Source: Chloroflexota bacterium | GTDB taxonomy: Bacteria; Chloroflexota; UBA6077; FW602-bin22; JACPRP01 | Length of the DNA: 64,000 nt | NCBI GenBank assembly: GCA_016189905.1 | Contig: JACPRP010000019.1 | Coordinates: 7,171 to 71,170 of the forward strand | Direction of reading: 5' to 3' | Part shown: one piece after another, positions 9,856 through 20,768 of the stretch | How the letters are laid out: the number at the start of each line of letters is the position of its first letter | Numbering within the stretch: position 1 is the first letter of the stretch | Notes under the pieces: generated by a model | What the model saw: the letters and a program-made list of their open reading frames with translations, nothing else | What the model was told of the DNA's origin: nothing | Databases searched by the model: none | Program-made: the position numbers and the translations under genes

Positions 9856-9911
9856 GGATCGTTCTTAGAAGAGAATCGCTCTTGCTGCCTGGTCTCGGAG
9901 GCTTGGGGTAG

Positions 9912-10907
9912 ATGGAGTTTGTCTGGTGGCTGGGGCTGATCCTCTTGCTGGCCCTCGCCTTCGATTTCTTCAATGGCCTGACCGATAGTGGCGCCCTGGT
10001 GGCGACGATGTTGTCCACCGGCGCGATGTCGCCGAGGTTGGCACTGGTCAGCGTCGCGTTCGCCGAGCTGATCGGTCCGTTCCTCTTTGGGGCGGCCGTC
10101 GCGACAACCATTGGCACGGGAATAGTCAATCCCAGGATGGTCACGGCTGAGGTTGTTCTCGTCGCACTCTTCAGCGCCCTCGCGTGGAACGTCCTGGCAT
10201 GGCGGTTAGGCTTGCCAACCAGCTCGACGCACGCGCTCGTCGGCAGCATCACGGGCGCTGCCATTGCTGCCGACGGCCTTCAGGTGCTGGCCATCGGTGG
10301 CCTATTGAAAATCGCCATCGCGTTGCTGGCCGGGCCGACGCTTGGGGGCTTTTTAGGTTATGTCTCGCTGAAACTCACGGTTTTCATTCTCCGAGGGGCC
10401 ACGCCGCGAGTCAACCGCCTGTTCAAACGGGGGCAAATCGTGACATCGCTGGCGCTAGCTGTAGGCCACGGCGCAATGGATGCCCAGAAGACGATGGGCG
10501 TGATCACGCTGGCATTTGTCGCGGCCGGGGTCTTTCCGACGTTCAACGTGCCCTTATGGGTGACGGCTCTTTCCGCCGCCTTTCTATCGCTGGGCGTATC
10601 GCTCGGCGGTTGGTATACGATCAGAACGTTAGGAGCCAGGATCTACCGCGTTCGTCCGGTCCACGGATTCACGTCGCAAGCATCGTCGGCAGCGATAGTC
10701 CTTGTCGCCGCGCTATTGGGGGGGCCATTGAGCGTTGCGCAGGTCGTATCCTCGGCCATCGTTGGCGCCGGGGCAGGCGAGCGAGTTTCGAAGGTGCGCT
10801 GGGGAGTAGCAGGGACGATGATCGTCGCCTGGATGCTAACCATGCCGGTGACGGCGGTTGTGGCTGCCGCAACGTACAAACTGGTGGCTCCACTCTTGCA
10901 ATTGTAG
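9912..10907 (+). CDS. PiT-family inorganic phosphate transporter
   Basis: FDFFNGLTDSGALVAT and multiple TM segments typical of PHO4/PiT. GGAGG RBS upstream. Confidence 0.85.
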   Translation: MEFVWWLGLILLLALAFDFFNGLTDSGALVATMLSTGAMSPRLALVSVAFAELIGPFLFGAAVATTIGTGIVNPRMVTAEVVLVALFSALAWNVLAWRLGLPTSSTHALVGSITGAAIAADGLQVLAIGGLLKIAIALLAGPTLGGFLGYVSLKLTVFILRGATPRVNRLFKRGQIVTSLALAVGHGAMDAQKTMGVITLAFVAAGVFPTFNVPLWVTALSAAFLSLGVSLGGWYTIRTLGARIYRVRPVHGFTSQASSAAIVLVAALLGGPLSVAQVVSSAIVGAGAGERVSKVRWGVAGTMIVAWMLTMPVTAVVAAATYKLVAPLLQL

Positions 10908-10914
10908 GTGATAG

Positions 10915-11541
10915 ATGTGGTTTGAAAGGCTGTTTAAGCCAAGGCAAAGCAACTTCATCAAGATGCTGACAGAGCAGGCGCAGAGGACGCTCGAAGGGAT
11001 GGAGGCGCTCGAGGCCTACGCCAGGTCAGGAGACGAGGAGATGGCGAGGAAGGTCGTGCGACTGGAAAGAGAAGAGGATGAGCTGCGCCGCGTTCTCATC
11101 GACGAGCTGAACCGCAGCTTCGTGACTCCCATCGACCGAGAAGATATCTTCGCGCTGTCGCGAGCTATTGATGATGTGCTCGATTACGCTTATACTACAA
11201 TTGACGAGATGAGCATCTTGGAACTTCATCCGACTGCCCATATGCAAAAGATGGCAGCGGTGCTGCGCGAGGCCACGGAGGAGATCTATTACGCGGTTTT
11301 GCACTTGAAGGATCATCCGACAATCGCCGCCGAGCACACCGTCAGGGCCAAAGCGCTGGAGAACCAGGCGGAGAGCATTTACCGTGAAGCCATCAGGGAC
11401 CTTTTCAATCGCGTGAAGACGCTCGACGACGTCGTCTACATTCTGAAGATGCGCGAGGTGTACAGGCACTTAAGTAACGCTGCTGACCGGGGTGATGAGG
11501 CAGCGAATATCATCGGCGACATCGTCGTCAAGATGACGTAA
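10915..11541 (+). CDS. DUF47/PhoU-like phosphate-transport regulator partner of PiT
   Basis: 208 aa, helical, with the motif FVTPIDREDIFALSRAIDDVLD typical of TIGR00153/DUF47 proteins that pair with PiT. Confidence 0.8.
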   Translation: MWFERLFKPRQSNFIKMLTEQAQRTLEGMEALEAYARSGDEEMARKVVRLEREEDELRRVLIDELNRSFVTPIDREDIFALSRAIDDVLDYAYTTIDEMSILELHPTAHMQKMAAVLREATEEIYYAVLHLKDHPTIAAEHTVRAKALENQAESIYREAIRDLFNRVKTLDDVVYILKMREVYRHLSNAADRGDEAANIIGDIVVKMT

Positions 11542-11765
11542 TTCACCTTGATTACTGCATGATTAAGGGCACCTAGTTGGAGTTCGATGCCACCCAAGCC
11601 ACCCCTGATATTACTCTTTCCCGATGGCGGTTTCCTATTAGTGTGACGGGGAGCAACCACGAAACACGCGAAATACACGCGGGGGGACGAGTATAAAGGA
11701 GTTTTGGGGCAGCCCGACCTGGCGGCGCATTAAGCACTGGCTTCCAGAAGGAGAGATGAGGCGAG

Positions 11766-12266
11766 ATGGAAGAAGCGGCAGTTTATAATATCAGAATGGC
11801 CGTGCCTGAGGACCTGGCACAGATCAAGGCCAACATTCAGCGCTCTATGGCCAACCCGGAAGGCAAGACCGTGCGCAAGGGGCTTAAGGATGCGATTGAG
11901 CGGCGAGAGATTATGATATTGGAGCGCGCCGACCTCAAAGAAAAGACCAGCAAGATCAGCGCGTTCATCGAATGGTACACCAAGGTGGACGGCACCATTA
12001 CGATCAGAGATATCGGCACCGTTGGCGAAGAGCCCAACGAAGGGATGGCCAAGCGTCTGATACGCGAGCTACTTCGTCTGGCATCTCCTCCCGAAGCCCA
12101 CGCGAAGCTGAGGGCGGATCTCACGGCCTGGAATAATATCTTCCAGGACCTACCCGGATTCCAATTAGAAGGGCGCGAGTACTCACGTCCCCATTGGAGG
12201 ACCATCTGGCTCTGGACGCCCGAAGCCGAGCGACGCGAGCGCACCCCCCGACGTACGAAACGCTAA
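11766..12266 (+). CDS. Hypothetical protein, possibly GNAT-like
   Basis: 166-aa ORF with an RBS-like GGAGAGATGAGG upstream. The N-terminal NIRMAVPEDLAQI resembles GNAT starts, but the acetyl-CoA motif is not clear. Confidence 0.4.
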   Translation: MEEAAVYNIRMAVPEDLAQIKANIQRSMANPEGKTVRKGLKDAIERREIMILERADLKEKTSKISAFIEWYTKVDGTITIRDIGTVGEEPNEGMAKRLIRELLRLASPPEAHAKLRADLTAWNNIFQDLPGFQLEGREYSRPHWRTIWLWTPEAERRERTPRRTKR

Positions 12267-12441
12267 CAGTCTGGCAGAGATCGATGGTCGATGGTCGGCC
12301 GGTCCGAGCACCACGGAATTACGGAGACGGCACGAGAATCCGTTTTCGGCCTGGAAGAAATCCGTTATCGCAGCAGATGCCGTCGAAGAGCCTCCCCATT
12401 TCTTCCACGTTTATTCATTCGGAATTGTTGACCGGAAAGTA

Positions 12442-12470
12442 TTGACAACCTGTTATCCAGGTGGTAACCT
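12442..12470 (+). promoter_or_regulatory. Near-consensus promoter TTGACA-17-TAACCT
   Basis: TTGACA at 12442-12447, a 17-nt spacer, TAACCT at 12465-12470, in an intergenic region. Confidence 0.5.
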
Positions 12471-12477
12471 GTCACCA

Positions 12478-12741
12478 TTACGGCAAGCTATGCTTGCGAA
12501 GTCTACAGCCTGGAACCCTCTGGCGGACCGAGGGGATCACCGCGCGAAGAAGGTTGTGCTGTGCTATCAGGCGCTAGCACGACTGAGGCGTACAAGCTAA
12601 TATTGATTTTCTAGATGGATAGCTTTGATCTGAGGCCGACAAAAGGATGTGCCGGCAAGGCGCATTAGTTGGTCGCCGAGGCCTCGGGGAGCAAGTGGCG
12701 AAACCGACCATCAAGTTTGTTTGATGGTCGGTTTTTGTTTT
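12478..12741 (+). ncRNA. Candidate ~260-nt small RNA or cis-regulatory leader (class unknown)
   Basis: Bounded by the promoter at 12442-12470 and a strong intrinsic terminator at 12701-12741. It contains several hairpins (GCAAGC-TAT-GCTTGC, CCGAGGCCTCGG). No credible ORF. It lies 140 nt upstream of the 897-aa surface protein gene. Confidence 0.35.
12701..12741 (+). terminator. Rho-independent terminator
   Basis: 14-bp perfect stem AAACCGACCATCAA / TTGATGGTCGGTTT with a 6-nt loop, followed by TTGTTTT. Confidence 0.8.
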
Positions 12742-12883
12742 CCCTGGCCCTACTGGCTGGGGCGTTCCTTGATGCCTACGACCGCCCGCGGGGGCGCAGG
12801 CACGATAACAAAAACAAACGCCCGGGTCGACACAACAGCCTGGCCCACAGGCTAAGATCCACTGGCAATAGGAGGAGAGAATA

Positions 12884-15577
12884 GTGAGGAGATCGCGACG
12901 GAAAGTATCGCTGGTAGCGATGGTTTCGATCATAGTGGTATTGTTTCAGGCTTTCCCCGTGGCCGTTTTCGCCGATGAGGAGCCCGGAACGGATTCGCAG
13001 GGGATGGGGCCATCATCGGCGCCCCTGCTCGGGTCGATCGTTCCGGTTGTCAATGAAACAGGACATATCAGCCTTTCGGTTGACGGCGTCGGCACATACA
13101 GGGATCCCGGAACCATTCAGGTGAAGAAGCCCGCGGGGGCCACAGTGAGGGCCGCCTATTTGGCGGCCGCGACGGCTGGCTTCTGGTACCCTGGCTGGTA
13201 TATTCCCAATGGACTTGTCAAGATCGATGGCGTTGGGATCAAATGGGATATTATCACGCCGAGCAGTATTCATTCGTGGAATCACTGGGCGAATGTAACA
13301 TCCCTGGTGAAGGCGAAGATCGACGCCGCCCCTGCCGGACTCGTAGACTTCACCATCAGCGAGACCAATTCTTATGCAATCGATGGGGAAATCCTGGCAG
13401 TTATTTTCGACGACCCTGACCAGACGACCAGCAACACCATAGTGCTTCTCTTCGGAGGGCAGGATATCACAGGAGATATCTTCAACATCGGGTTGGCCGA
13501 ACCTGTAGACAAGACTGACCCCAACTTGATACTGGATTTATCCCTGGGAATCTCGTTCGGCTATCAGTCGACAAATCAGCGCAGCCTGGTGGACGTCAAC
13601 GGGGTCCGAGTGACATCCTCGGCAGGCGGTCAGGACGACGGCGCGAGTTGGAATGGCGCACTGATGACAGTGGGGGGCATCGGTGATACGAACGCCAACC
13701 CGGATCCTCAGGCCTATCCAAGCAGCCCGCGTACAGACGACGAGCTGTACAACCTGCTACCTTTCGTGAACAACGGCGATACGAAGATCACCGTCTACAC
13801 CATAAACCCTACAAACGACGACAACATCTTCTTCGCGGCGCTATTCCTGGCGTCAACCACCGCGGTGGTGGGAGAGGGGATCGTCCTCGCTCCTATGGGG
13901 CACACCAACCCGCTGGGCGCAGTCCATACTGCCACGGCGACGGTGCAGGATTCCAACGGTAGACCTATGGCTGATCGGCAGGTGGACTTCAGAGTGGTCA
14001 AAGGCCCGCATGCCGGCCTGATAGGCAACTCCACGACGAACGCCGTTGGACAGGCGACGTTCACCTACAAAGGCACGTCTTCAGGAACCGATACGATCGA
14101 AGCAAGCTTCGTAAACAGTGCCGGGCGCACCATCACATCCAACCGGATCGCCGAGACGTGGGAAGCTCCGTTCGATTCCAGGCCGCCGTCGACGACTGCC
14201 ACACGCTCTGTGCAACCGAATGCCAACGGCTGGAGCAAGACCGATGTGGCAGTCAACTTCACAGCCGGTGATAACCCTAATGGCTCAGGTATCAAAGAAC
14301 TTCGCTACAGCGTCAACGGCGGGCCCGAGACCATCGTTACAGACACTACAGCGTCCCTCGCGCTATCGACAGACGGCGCGCACAATGTCGCCTATTACGC
14401 GAAGGATAACGCCGGCAACGCCGAGACCCCTAGAACGCTGATGGTAATGATCGACAAAACAGCCCCGACGATCAAAGGCGCGCAGACGCCTGGAGCGAAC
14501 GCCAGCGGCTGGAACAACTCCGAGGTCAGCGTGCGCTTCGCGTGCAGCGACAGCCTGTCCGACGTAGAAACCTGTTCGGCGCCAGCAACTTTGAGCAGGG
14601 AAGGTGCTAACCAGTCGGCCACCGGCACTGCCGTGGACAAGGCAGGCAACTCTGCCTCGGTCACGATCGCCAATATCAGCATCGATACGACGAATCCCAA
14701 AGTAGCGGTAAGCCGAACGCCGTCGCCGAACGCGAATGGCTGGAACAACACGACGGTGGAAGCAACCTTCAACGCGAGTGACGACCTTTCCGGCCTGGAG
14801 ACAGGGGCTACGGAAAAAGTGTCGTTGAGCCTGGAGGGCACGAACCTTGGGGCCAGCCGCACTTTCACCGACAAAGCAGGCAACGCGGCGACAGGCTTCA
14901 TCTCCGGCATCAACATCGACAAGACGAAGCCGAGCATAACGATTGCTTCGCCGACAGCCCGGTCTTATCGCACCTCCGAGAGCCTCACCCTCCAGTTCAA
15001 CACGGCCGACGCTCTCTCAGGCGTTAGCGCCACCACCGCAACGCTCGATGGCGCCCCCGTGACGAATGGCCAGACTCTCAACCTCGCTGGAAAAGTGGGC
15101 AGCCACACGTTTACAGGCAGTGCGACAGACAACGCGGGCAACGTCCAGAGCAATTCGGTCACCTTCGATGTGTTGATCGACGCGACCGTGAATTGCGACC
15201 CCAACAACCTCGAGAAGTCGACCAGTGGAGGTTGGATCACGTGCCGCATCCAGCTTCCAGACGGCTACGATGTAGCGGCCATTGACGACGCCTCGGTGCA
15301 ACTGAACGGAGCGTCAGCCTACGTCGAGAGGCAGGGCTCGACACAGCCAGCAGCCGGTGGCAGCAACGTCATCGGCCCCGTAAACGGCGGGATCAAGCAG
15401 CGGATGGTGAAGTTCGACCGCCAGGCGGTGATCAATTCGCTGGGCCCTGCCACGGGGAGCGTGGTGCTGACAGTAACTGGCAGACTGGCCGACGGTCGCG
15501 GCTTCATTGGTAGCGACAGCATACACGTCGTCGGGCAGGACGGGTCTGCCGGGCAGGGGAAGGCTACGAAGCAGTAG
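12884..15577 (+). CDS. Large secreted cell-surface protein: signal peptide, DUF3344-like N-domain, Big/Ig-like repeats
   Basis: GTG start behind AGGAGG and an N-terminal hydrophobic signal. The central segment resembles a bacterial Ig-like (invasin-type) domain. Three to four repeats carry the (P)NA(N/S)GW(N/S)xxxV motif, DxLSG, and DKAGN...IDKT(A/K)P. Confidence 0.8.
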   Translation: MRRSRRKVSLVAMVSIIVVLFQAFPVAVFADEEPGTDSQGMGPSSAPLLGSIVPVVNETGHISLSVDGVGTYRDPGTIQVKKPAGATVRAAYLAAATAGFWYPGWYIPNGLVKIDGVGIKWDIITPSSIHSWNHWANVTSLVKAKIDAAPAGLVDFTISETNSYAIDGEILAVIFDDPDQTTSNTIVLLFGGQDITGDIFNIGLAEPVDKTDPNLILDLSLGISFGYQSTNQRSLVDVNGVRVTSSAGGQDDGASWNGALMTVGGIGDTNANPDPQAYPSSPRTDDELYNLLPFVNNGDTKITVYTINPTNDDNIFFAALFLASTTAVVGEGIVLAPMGHTNPLGAVHTATATVQDSNGRPMADRQVDFRVVKGPHAGLIGNSTTNAVGQATFTYKGTSSGTDTIEASFVNSAGRTITSNRIAETWEAPFDSRPPSTTATRSVQPNANGWSKTDVAVNFTAGDNPNGSGIKELRYSVNGGPETIVTDTTASLALSTDGAHNVAYYAKDNAGNAETPRTLMVMIDKTAPTIKGAQTPGANASGWNNSEVSVRFACSDSLSDVETCSAPATLSREGANQSATGTAVDKAGNSASVTIANISIDTTNPKVAVSRTPSPNANGWNNTTVEATFNASDDLSGLETGATEKVSLSLEGTNLGASRTFTDKAGNAATGFISGINIDKTKPSITIASPTARSYRTSESLTLQFNTADALSGVSATTATLDGAPVTNGQTLNLAGKVGSHTFTGSATDNAGNVQSNSVTFDVLIDATVNCDPNNLEKSTSGGWITCRIQLPDGYDVAAIDDASVQLNGASAYVERQGSTQPAAGGSNVIGPVNGGIKQRMVKFDRQAVINSLGPATGSVVLTVTGRLADGRGFIGSDSIHVVGQDGSAGQGKATKQ

Positions 15578-15856
15578 GCTATTTCTGGAGTTTCCGGGTA
15601 GACCTGGGCAGGCAAAGTTTTGACAGGGGGCGGGGCTCTGACGAGCGCAGGCCGGCCCCCTGATAGTCACCCGCAATCCCATCTTCACTCTGGGAAGCCA
15701 TGACCAGGTGCACAGGGTTGAGCACCTGGCAATACGCTCATACGCAGACCCTATGCCGCCACACCACCTCCTCGGCACTCGAAAGGTTACGCGCTCCGCC
15801 GGGTGGAGCGGCTACATTGTCTCTAGATGGCAACGACGGAATCGGCAGTAGGCAGA

Positions 15857-15881
15857 GGCCGCCGTCCGGTGGACGGCGGCC
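15857..15881. terminator. Hairpin between convergent genes (possible bidirectional terminator)
   Basis: 11-bp perfect stem GGCCGCCGTCC-GGT-GGACGGCGGCC. There is no clear U-tract on either strand. Confidence 0.4.
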
Positions 15882-15932
15882 CTGAGCTGACGTTATTCTT
15901 GCCACTTCCTGTGCTTGCGGCGGCACTAACAC

Positions 15933-17807
15933 CTACGTCGCGGCGGCGAACTCTGGCTGCGTCTTCGATGATGGTGGCGGGGCCGAGAGGCCCGAGAAGA
16001 TATCCTCCAAGGCATTGCCTTCCAAGGTTTCCTCTTTGATCAGCCTTTCGGCAAGGCGATTCAACACTTCTCTTTGCATGGTTAGGATATCCTTGGCCAC
16101 GTCATAGGCTTTACCGATCAGCGACCGAATCTCCTCGTCGATCTGCTCCGCGATCTTCTCGCTGTAGTTCTTCTGCTCGCCGATCTCGCGCCCGAGGAAG
16201 ATAAGCTCTTCCTTGTGGCCGAGCGCCAGCGGGCCAAGAATCTTGCTCATGCCATATTCCGTCACCATCTTACGAGCGATGGCGGTTGCGCGCTCGATAT
16301 CGTTCTCCGAGCCCGTCGTCATCTCGCCAAACACCAACTCCTCGGCGACATGGCCGCCAAGCGCCCACGCCAGGGTATCCTCGAATTGAGACTTCGTCCA
16401 CAGGTAGCGATCCTGCGCCGGCAGCAGACGGGTATAACCGCCCATCATGCCCCTCGCGATGATCGACACTTTGTGGACCGGGTCGACATTGGGCAGCATC
16501 CTGGCCACCACGGCGTGCCCCGCCTCGTGATAGGCGGTTATCGCCTTTTCTTTTTCACTGATGATCCGGCTCTTGCGCTCGGGTCCAGCGATCACGCGGT
16601 CGATGGCTTCCTCGAATTCTTCTAAGCCGATGCTCTTCTTGTTCCGGCGTGCCGCCAGAATCGCCGCCTCGTTCACGAGGTTCGCCAGGTCGGCGCCCGA
16701 GAAGCCCGGCGATTGTTTGGCCAGCACTTCGAGCGAGATGTCTTTTTCGAGCGGCTTGCCCCGCACGTGTACTTCAAGTATCGCCTTGCGGCCGCTGATA
16801 TCTGGTCTGTCGAGCACGACCTGTCGATCGAAGCGGCCCGGCCGCAACAGGGCCGGGTCCAGAACGTCGGGCCTGTTGGTCGCGGCAATGACGATCACAT
16901 TGGTGTTCGTGTCGAACCCATCCATCTCGACCAGTATCTGGTTGAGCGTCTGCTCGCGCTCGTCGTGGCTGCCGCCGAGACCCGCGCCACGCTGGCGGCC
17001 CACGGCGTCTATCTCGTCCACAAAGACGATGCAAGGGGCGTTGCGCTTTGCCTGATCGAACAGGTCGCGCACGCGCGATGCGCCCACGCCGACAAACATC
17101 TCGACGAACTCCGATCCCGAGATACTAAAGAATGGAACGCCAGCCTCGCCGGCGACGGCGCGTGCCAGGAGCGTCTTGCCGGTTCCCGGCGGGCCCACCA
17201 GCAACACTCCCCTGGGAATTCTCGCCCCCAGGGCCACGAACTTCTCCGGATACTTCAGGAATTCGACAACCTCTTGCAGCTCCTGCTTCGCCTCCTCGAC
17301 CCCCGCGACGTCAAGAAAGGTGATCGTTGGCTTATTGCTCATAAACATCCGGGCGCGACTCTTACCGAACGAAAGCGCCTGGTTGTTTGTCCCTTGCGCC
17401 TGTCGCATCATAAATAAGAGGAATCCCGCAAGGAAAATGAACGGGAGGAACTGGACCATCATGCCGATCCAGTTGCCAAACTCCGCCGGTTTCTTGACGT
17501 CGATGGCCATGCGGTCCAGCTCTTCGGGCTGAACCCCGGCATCCTTTAGCATCTGGTAGATATTGGAGTTAGGCTCCTTTCGCGAAGTGGCCTTGCTTGG
17601 CGTGTCGTAGCGCTCGATAGTGAGGTTATCACCCTCGACGCTAATTCGCTTTATGTTACCTTTTTTGGCTTCCAGGATCACCTCGCCAATGCTCATATTT
17701 CCTGGTTCTTTTACCGAACCCTGATTGATGAACGAGAGGAAAAGAGCGATCGCGGCCACCAAGATCAGCAGATAGATGAAGCTGTTCCTTAGCCATTTAG
17801 TATCCAA
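15933..17807 (-). CDS. ftsH: ATP-dependent zinc metalloprotease FtsH
   Basis: [18 protein letters not shown] Walker A, an SRH region, and the zinc motif HEAGHAV. TTG start behind GGAGGA. Confidence 0.95.
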   Translation of the reverse strand: MDTKWLRNSFIYLLILVAAIALFLSFINQGSVKEPGNMSIGEVILEAKKGNIKRISVEGDNLTIERYDTPSKATSRKEPNSNIYQMLKDAGVQPEELDRMAIDVKKPAEFGNWIGMMVQFLPFIFLAGFLLFMMRQAQGTNNQALSFGKSRARMFMSNKPTITFLDVAGVEEAKQELQEVVEFLKYPEKFVALGARIPRGVLLVGPPGTGKTLLARAVAGEAGVPFFSISGSEFVEMFVGVGASRVRDLFDQAKRNAPCIVFVDEIDAVGRQRGAGLGGSHDEREQTLNQILVEMDGFDTNTNVIVIAATNRPDVLDPALLRPGRFDRQVVLDRPDISGRKAILEVHVRGKPLEKDISLEVLAKQSPGFSGADLANLVNEAAILAARRNKKSIGLEEFEEAIDRVIAGPERKSRIISEKEKAITAYHEAGHAVVARMLPNVDPVHKVSIIARGMMGGYTRLLPAQDRYLWTKSQFEDTLAWALGGHVAEELVFGEMTTGSENDIERATAIARKMVTEYGMSKILGPLALGHKEELIFLGREIGEQKNYSEKIAEQIDEEIRSLIGKAYDVAKDILTMQREVLNRLAERLIKEETLEGNALEDIFSGLSAPPPSSKTQPEFAAAT

Positions 17808-17916
17808 ATCGAATCCTCCGCGCCTAGTACGCCAGGGAAAGAATGTGCATCTGCGTTGCCATTATACCAAATATGGCCAAAAAATCAACCCAATCGCCAG
17901 GCAAAGCGCCCGGCCA

Positions 17917-18533
<617 letters not shown>

Positions 18534-18534
<1 letters not shown>

Positions 18535-19967
18535 TAGTCCTGGCTGCGCTGCACGAACCTTAGACAGAGCACTCTGGCGGTCCTTGGCGTGACCTTCACG
18601 CGGTCGTCGATGCGCAACCCCGCAACCCAGATAATGTGCTTCTCGGACTGTACGATGGGTACGTCGTCACGGCGATAGCGCGGCACCTTCTCGTCGACCA
18701 GGAAGTCTTGTAGCCTCTTCTCCGCGGCCATCCCGAGGGGGCGGAACCTGTCGCCATCGTGGCGTCGGCGCACTGTGAGCCTCGTCCCGGCCCGGGAGTA
18801 GTCCAGGTCCGCGTGCCAGGGGTCTCCCTTGAGGCACGGCCCCGTCACCACATTCGCGATTACCCGCCAGTTGGAACCGACGATAGCGGTCTCACCGGGG
18901 ACCATCAGCGGCTGGCCCTCCATAGAAAGCGACGGCTCGACCGCAGGTTCCTCGAAACGCACGAGAATCTCGCCATAACCCTTGACGATCCTGACACCTT
19001 GCGGCCACATAACTACGGCGCCGGTGCGACCCTCTTTCATCGTCGCCACGGCATTTGCCAGGTGCACGGCCCCCACGCCCAGCAGGTCCCCGACAAGCCA
19101 TTCCGCCGCCCTTCTCAACATATATCTCTGGATGCTGGGATGGAGGCCCTGCCACGCTTCCAGATCGATGCTGACGCGCCCTTCCTCGACCCTGGCCAGC
19201 CTGGCCCATACCTTTGCCACCTCATCCTGAATGAAGTCGAAGTCCGTCGCCGCGATTTCCGCCGCGCGCAAGGCGGCATATTTGAACCTCGGATTGTATT
19301 CCAATAGCCGCGGGATCAACCGGTGGCGAATGCGGTTGCGCAAAAAAGCCACCTCCAGATTAGTCCGGTCGGCACGATGGGCAAGCCCGTACAACCGAAG
19401 ATAGTCCTCGACCTCGCCTCTGGTGACCTCGAGCAATGGACGGATAACGCGCAGCGGCAGCAATCGCCTCTCGACATCGCTCGAGATATGGTAGTTGGTT
19501 ACGGCCAGCATACCCCTCATCCCCGCGAGCCCCGCTCCCCGCAGCAAGTGCAGCACGACGGTTTCCACCTGATCATCAGCCGTGTGTGCAACCGCCACGC
19601 AATTCGCACCGGTCTGTTTGGCCACCTCGGCAAAAAAGGTGTAGCGGGCTTGTCTCGCCGCGTCCTCGAGGCTCAGATGCCGCTCCTGTCGCAGAGCTCC
19701 GACGTCCCGCGCCCCGATAGTCGACGGCAGCCCCCGTTGCCGCGCGAGCTCGGCCACCCAATGGGCATCCGCCTCAGAATCCTCACCCCGCAGCATATGA
19801 TTGAGATGAGCGACGTGAACGCGCACGGCCCTGCCTCGAGAGTAGGCCTCAAGCCAGTGCAGCAAGGCAACCGAATCAGCCCCGCCCGAGACGCCGACGA
19901 CAACGAGGTCCCCAGGCCCAAACATATGGTTAAGCTCGACAGCCAGACGCGCTTTCTCTGCAAGCAT
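18534..19967 (-). CDS. tilS: tRNA(Ile)-lysidine synthetase
   Basis: PP-loop VGVSGGADSVALL, 477 aa with a TilS C-terminal domain. Confidence 0.9.
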
Positions 19968-19971
19968 AGTA

Positions 19972-20005
19972 ACAAAAAGGGAGGATCAAGATAGCTCGAT
20001 CCTCC
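19972..20005 (-). terminator. Intrinsic terminator downstream of tRNA-fMet
   Basis: On the minus strand: GGAGGATC-10 nt-GATCCTCC followed by CTTTTTGTT. The U-tract ends 5-6 nt before the tilS ATG. Confidence 0.6.
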
Positions 20006-20016
20006 AATGCAAACTT

Positions 20017-20091
20017 TGGTCGCGGGGGTTGGATTCGAACCAACGACCTTCGGGTTATGAGCCCGACGAGCTTCCGCTGCTCCACCCCGCG
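20017..20091 (-). tRNA. Initiator tRNA-fMet (anticodon CAT), CCA encoded
   Basis: The reverse complement folds as a cloverleaf: CGCGGGG acceptor stem with a C1:A72 mismatch, three G-C pairs closing the anticodon stem (GGG CTCATAA CCC), a GGTTCGAATCC T-arm, and a terminal ACCA. Confidence 0.9.
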
Positions 20092-20143
20092 GTAATCTGG
20101 CGTTTGCCGATCAGTCCGTCTATTGGACCTCATCTTACTGGCA

Positions 20144-20172
20144 ATTATACTCAATATCGATCAGATGGTCAA
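20144..20172 (-). promoter_or_regulatory. Promoter for tRNA-fMet (TTGACC-17-TATAAT)
   Basis: On the minus strand: TTGACC at 20167-20172 and TATAAT at 20144-20149, about 45 nt upstream of the tRNA 5' end. Confidence 0.6.
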
Positions 20173-20206
20173 GCTCCTGAGCAGCCAGGCGCTCTGGCAT
20201 AAAGCC

Positions 20207-20235
20207 TTGACATCATACGATAGGAGTGCTAGCAT
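20207..20235 (+). promoter_or_regulatory. Candidate promoter for the rpiB-holB-ricT operon (TTGACA-17-TAGCAT)
   Basis: TTGACA at 20207-20212 and TAGCAT at 20230-20235, divergent from the tRNA promoter. Confidence 0.45.
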
Positions 20236-20333
20236 ATCTTTGGCGCATGATTGCCAGGTGGGGCAATGGCCCGCCTGGCCTTTTGCTAACCGCAGCGAGT
20301 AACGTACTATTCGACCCGGGGGGAGAAGGTGGA

Positions 20334-20768
20334 TTGAAGATCGCTATCGGCTCGGACCACGCCGGTTTTCACCTGAAGCAAGATATCATCGCTCTGCTCA
20401 CCTCTCTTGGACACCAGCATAAGGACTTCGGCGCGTACGATATACAGCCCAGCGACTACCCCGATTATGTGAAGCAGGTCGCCGACGCCGTAGTCGCGCA
20501 AGATTATGATCTAGGCATATTCATCTGCGGCACCGGCATCGGGCCGACCATGGCCGCAAATAAGATCCGGGGTATCCGGGCCGCTGTTTGCCACGACACG
20601 TACTCGGCCCACCAGAGCCGTGAGCACAGCGACGCCAATGTGCTCTGTCTTGGCGCGAAAGTCATCGGCGCTGGCCTCGCCGCCGATATCGTGGAAACCT
20701 GGTTGAAAGCCGGTTTTTCTGGCGAGGAGCGGCACCAGAGACGCATCGACAAGATGATGGCGCTGTAA
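20334..20768 (+). CDS. rpiB: Ribose-5-phosphate isomerase B (RpiB/LacAB family)
   Basis: KIAIGSDHAGFHLK and ICGTGIG motifs. The likely start is TTG 20334 behind GGAGAAGG. The ORF-track start at 20226 adds a non-conserved extension. Confidence 0.85.
   Translation: MKIAIGSDHAGFHLKQDIIALLTSLGHQHKDFGAYDIQPSDYPDYVKQVADAVVAQDYDLGIFICGTGIGPTMAANKIRGIRAAVCHDTYSAHQSREHSDANVLCLGAKVIGAGLAADIVETWLKAGFSGEERHQRRIDKMMAL

Noticed and set aside
12478-12741. Assigning the candidate RNA to a known class (c-di-GMP-I/II riboswitch, SRP RNA, 6S, c-di-AMP/ydaO).
   Set aside because: I could not find the conserved cores I remember, such as the ACGCAAAGC of GEMM-I or the GGAAGGAAGCAGCC-type SRP domain IV. The class is left open.
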